64,000 bases of DNA, taken from Glycera tridactyla. Taxonomy: Eukaryota. The notes beneath the pieces are model-generated. The model was not told the origin of the DNA, ran no database searches, and was given only the letters and a program-made list of their open reading frames with translations. The position numbers were made by a program, and so were the translations under genes. Shown piece after piece: positions 59,751-64,000 of the stretch. Within the stretch, counting starts at the first letter, position 1, and every line of letters begins with the position of its first letter. Where the stretch lies: NCBI GenBank assembly GCA_965644265.1, contig OZ286471.1:84196001-84260000 (forward strand). Reading direction: 5' to 3'.

Positions 59751-61319
59751 ATCAGACTTCAATTTTATGTATTGACCGAAAAGTCTGTGTGTCCCTGACC
59801 TATGACAGCTTTATGATCTGTCCACTGCAGGTATCTCTCCCACAATCTCTAAACCCAAGATAATGGAGAAATCAAAAAGGCTTTTCAGACTGACAGACAG
59901 GAGGTGTAAAATGCTGAAGTTGTGTAGATATGCTTTCTGTAATATATGCAGATCAGGAGTTGCTGTCTTGGCCAATCATAGTGTGCTCTCTGACATGGAG
60001 TAGCATCTCCCTAATGGGTCATTACGGGTGGGCTGCAGGGTGGCTGTACATATTCCTCTCAGAATAATACATGAGCTCCACACCTCCCAACCCTGCATCC
60101 TGCCTTTCTGCTAAACTTTCTCAATTCGAAATCTGATGTGTCATTTCTGGAGAATTCGCAACTTTGCAAATTCTCTTGTGTCAAAACCACTCCCGCCCGC
60201 ATTTAGCCACCCCTATAATTGTTCCAATTCTTTTTGTTTAACAATATTTGGTAGAAATATAACTGATCTGCTGCCATCATTGGTGATCACGAATGTTATT
60301 TCACTGAAGTTGGAATGAAATGAAACCCTAGTTAGACTAAGTGGGAAGGACCAAGGGCCGTACCTCTGACAATGAAAATGATGATAACTTCTCACAGGTT
60401 CCACACATTACGAAATCGTCATAATCAACATCAATTTCTGAAGAAAGCAATGCGATTCAGCGACTATGTGAGATTGTAGCGTTTAGATACTTGCAAATTT
60501 CAAATATTTGCCTGTTTTCAATGAGTAACCACTTCGGGCAAATAGCATGCTCTTTTTTATCGGGGTATATATTCTGTATTGTGAGTCTTTCTGTTCAGGG
60601 TGTGTGAGTGTGAGAATGAAATCTACAGGGGAATGCACAACAAGGAACACAGAACTTACATGATTTTTTGGGAGGATACATGTTATACCACAATCAATCG
60701 CTTTTTTATATATGGCGAACATAGAGACATCTTGCATTGAATGTGAGCAGATCCTCTTCAAAAACATTATAGAGACTAACTGAAACCAGGTTTGATAATC
60801 GCCGGAAGTTCTATGAAATCTATTAGTACCACCCAAACTGATATCAAATCAGAAATGACAGTAGTGCTTGAAACATTACCAGCACATTGGATCTGACAAA
60901 CTCTAGTTTGTTGCTGAGGATGGCTGTAAGCATCTGATCTGGCTTAGACGTGGATTATTGCAGGGCTTTTATTGGATTATGTCTGATGGTGATTTCTCTG
61001 ACAGCTCCAACTCCAACAAACACACCTGGATTTTTCTCTCGGGAATTTGCTATCAGCGGAGCATCCTTCAATACTGCTGACTCTGATAATGTGCTGATTT
61101 CGTTATTGACGCTGCGATGCTGAGAATCTCTATTGCTAGTTTATTGAACTAATGTCTGGCTGTTTTGTTACATGACTGATTGATTTATGGGATGGTGGCT
61201 GTTGTTTTCTTAGTCGTTGATGGGTTGTTTTTGTGTGAATGATCTGGTTGTTTGTCTCGCTTCTTGTTTTCTAAATAAGTTACTTCAACCCTTATTCCAA
61301 TCTTTCCGTTGCCGTCTTT

Positions 61320-61965
61320 GCTCTATTTCTCCCTCTCTCCCCCCCCCCCCTCTTTTTCTCACCCCAACTCTCTCTAGATTCTCCCTCTCTCTCACTCTCT
61401 CTCACTCACTGTCGCTTTCACCTGTTCTTTCTCTCTTCTCTCTCTCTCCTTTTTCCTTCTCCCCATCTTTCTCTTCTATCCCTCTCCGTCTATTTCTCCT
61501 TACTTTCATTCTCCCACTTTTTCTCTCTCTCCCCTCTTGTTTTTTCTTTTGCTCTGTCTCCTTCACTGTCCCCTATTCCTCGTTCTCTTCCCCTCTCTCT
61601 TCTTTTTTCTTCTCTCACTACCCTGCTCTCCTTTTCCCCTCGCCTGTTCCCCGCTTTCTTTCTCCCTCTCTCTTTCTGCCCTCTTTTTTACTCTCTCGCG
61701 CTCTGTCCATCATTCCCCTTTCTTCCCACTCTTTCTCTTCCTCTCTCTCCCTTCTATTTCTCTTGTTCTCTCCCCTCGCTCCCCCTCTTCCTTCTTCATT
61801 CCTCTCTCCCTCTTTTTCCCCCTCTCTCTCCTCCCAGCTTATTCTCTATCCCGCTCTTTCCCACCAATGTCCATCACTCTCTTCTTTTCTCTCTCCACTC
61901 TCTCTCTCTCCTGCTCCTCCCTTCTCGTTCTTCCTCTCCCCCTCCCTCTCTACCTCTCTCATTCT
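61320..61965. repeat. ~650-bp homopyrimidine-rich tract
   Basis: Nearly all C/T on the + strand. Confidence 0.95.
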
Positions 61966-62299
61966 GCAATCCAACCAGACAAATCCTAGAGATGACTCGT
62001 TGAAAGTATGATCTTCACCCAGGTCAAAACTTTTCGTCCTTGAGTTACGTTTGTCTAGTGGGTGAGAAGGCCAGCCTGGTTGGCAGTGTGATTATCGCCA
62101 TGACTGCACGCTCGCCTCGATAATGAGCTCCGACAGCCAGAGTCTAATTGAGAAAACAAGCATGAAGGGCTCACTAATTAGCCGAGGTGTGTATGGTCTA
62201 TTGTTACTCGTGCTTGTCTTCGAGCTCGCTCACAAATGTCCAGACAATCAGCAAATATTCCCCAGACAATTGCAGAATACAGTTTGAGAATTCTCTGTA

Positions 62300-62672
62300 T
62301 GTTTGCACGTGTGTCTGTTCATGTGTATACATGTGTGTACAGGTGTTTTTGTGTGTATTCGTGTGTGTTTGTGCGAGGTTTGTGTGTGTTTGTGAGTGTT
62401 TGTGTGTGCGTGTGTGTATGAGTTTTCTGTGTATGTGTGTGGGGGGTCTGTGTGTGAGAGAGTGGAGGTATGGACCAGGAGAGTAGATATGCTGTGGGAC
62501 GACAGGAGCATGAGCCACAAACAGGAGAACATCTAGGTGGAAAATAAATACATAAAGACTCAGCAACATAAAAAGATCGCATAGCCATGGGTTGGAGATA
62601 AAGAAGGATACAGACAGACAAACAAATATACAGAAAAACAGACAGACAAACGAACAGACAGACAGGTTGATG

Positions 62673-62720
<48 letters not shown>
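62300..62720. repeat. Degenerate (GT)n and (CAGA)n microsatellites
   Basis: Direct reading at ~62300-62460 and ~62610-62720. Confidence 0.93.
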
Positions 62721-64000
62721 TACAATGATGACGCTTCAACACCATTCGACATTGAACCCCACTTCCGGGAGATTCAGTCTAATATAATGCAGATGACCAG
62801 CGCCCATCATTGATGAAGGTGGCGTAGACAGTGACATTGTTATTCATTTGATACACATTTTCTTCTGAGAAGAATGATTATGATGACGCTTCACCGGGTG
62901 AATGAGAACAGGTTAAAAGTGTTGTTCAAAATATCAATTTCTGTTGCAGTCTGACAGGTGATAGAAATATCCATGGGAAACTGTGGAAAATTGGTAGTAT
63001 GGAATTCAGGTATATGAATGTCAACTATGGATGTGATTGTTCACTCGATTGACTGTTTGATCAATTGCTCGTATGATCGATTGATTTATGGCTTGATTGA
63101 CTAATGCGAGAATACTGTGAGTGAATGTATTATACTGTATTCCATTGTATGAGTGAAGTTTCAAGGTCTTTCAAGCAAATCGTTAAAGACTGGATCTCGG
63201 GATGTGCGGATAACCAACCAACCTACAAACCAATCAACCAAGTTTCAATCAGAATCAAGCCAGAGTATGTTTATAATGAACACATTGGTTGGGATTTTCC
63301 AGACCTGATTCCTTTTTGAGAGAGTAAATTTTTAAAGCATTTCAAATAAACACCACCCATGTGATCGAAGAAGTGAGATCGAATAGCCGTGATCCTCATG
63401 CAATTTAGCTGTTAAACCGCAATAAGTGTGCTTTGTATCAAATGAAAGCAATGCAATCAGACATGAGCGCCAGCTTCCGACCATTTACACGGTAGAAAAA
63501 AAACATCAATATGTTTTGAGATTGATGTGTCTGAACTGCAAGCTTCTTCCAATTGACAGCTTGAATTGTTGTCACAATCAGAATTACCTTTCTTCTAAAC
63601 GTCTTTATTAGCTTAGTTAGTGTCAACATTGAGAAAGACGAAGCTGTCTCACTACAAGCTATATCTTCGTATCTTCTTTTTTTTTCCTCACAGTGAAGTC
63701 CTCGATCCTTCCAAACATCTTATATTTCTGATTGCAAATTCTTGTTTTCTTCAAAAAAGCGTCATCTCTCACATGCCTGATATAATCATTTTGGTATTCA
63801 TCTCAGCCACTCTGAGCAATTGATCTGAGCCACTGGTAATAAAGATAGTTTTTTGTATCTTCATGATCCTGTGATTGCACAAATGATTGATTGACTGATT
63901 CACCGATTGATTGCGTGTTCGGTCATATGATTGAATGATCGTTTGATCGATTGATCGATTGATTGATGGATCAATTGATTGATTGATTTATTCATTGATT

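Noticed and set aside
61217-62813. Long ORFs (264, 182, 150 aa and others) in CT-, GT- and CAGA-rich DNA; likewise 6993-8413 and 53280-53573
   Set aside because: Products of microsatellites and pyrimidine tracts that lack stop codons.

Overview
Eukaryotic, AT-rich, microsatellite-rich draft-assembly window with six N gaps; the repeat families suggest a marine invertebrate (inference). No rRNA, tRNA or CRISPR is supported. The backbone is a tandemly re-duplicated, decayed minus-strand host gene region (homologous blocks at about 6.0-12.1, 23.4-38.2 and 39.1-57.5 kb). It retains conserved splice sites and scattered cadherin-like motifs, with stops and frameshifts shared between copies. Inserted into it are: (i) a near full-length, decayed CR1/L2-group LINE (1-6017, SGNH-esterase + CCHC ORF1); (ii) two 5'-truncated CR1/L2-group RT fragments; (iii) a near full-length RTEX-like LINE (25246-30310) with an open esterase/CCHC ORF1, a repeat-rich ORF2 N-terminal extension and a (CA)n tail; (iv) a 117-bp minisatellite array; (v) an apparently intact Crypton-type tyrosine-recombinase DNA transposon (about 46050-48890). 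The Crypton is the highlight: its YR gene can be spliced (exon 1 46339-46414, exon 2 46613-48396, 619 aa) and keeps the full R-K-H-R-H-Y catalytic set. It is followed head-to-tail by a roughly 0.9-kb non-autonomous element carrying the same left-end motif and a related right-end palindrome, so the junction resembles a circle junction preserved in the chromosome.
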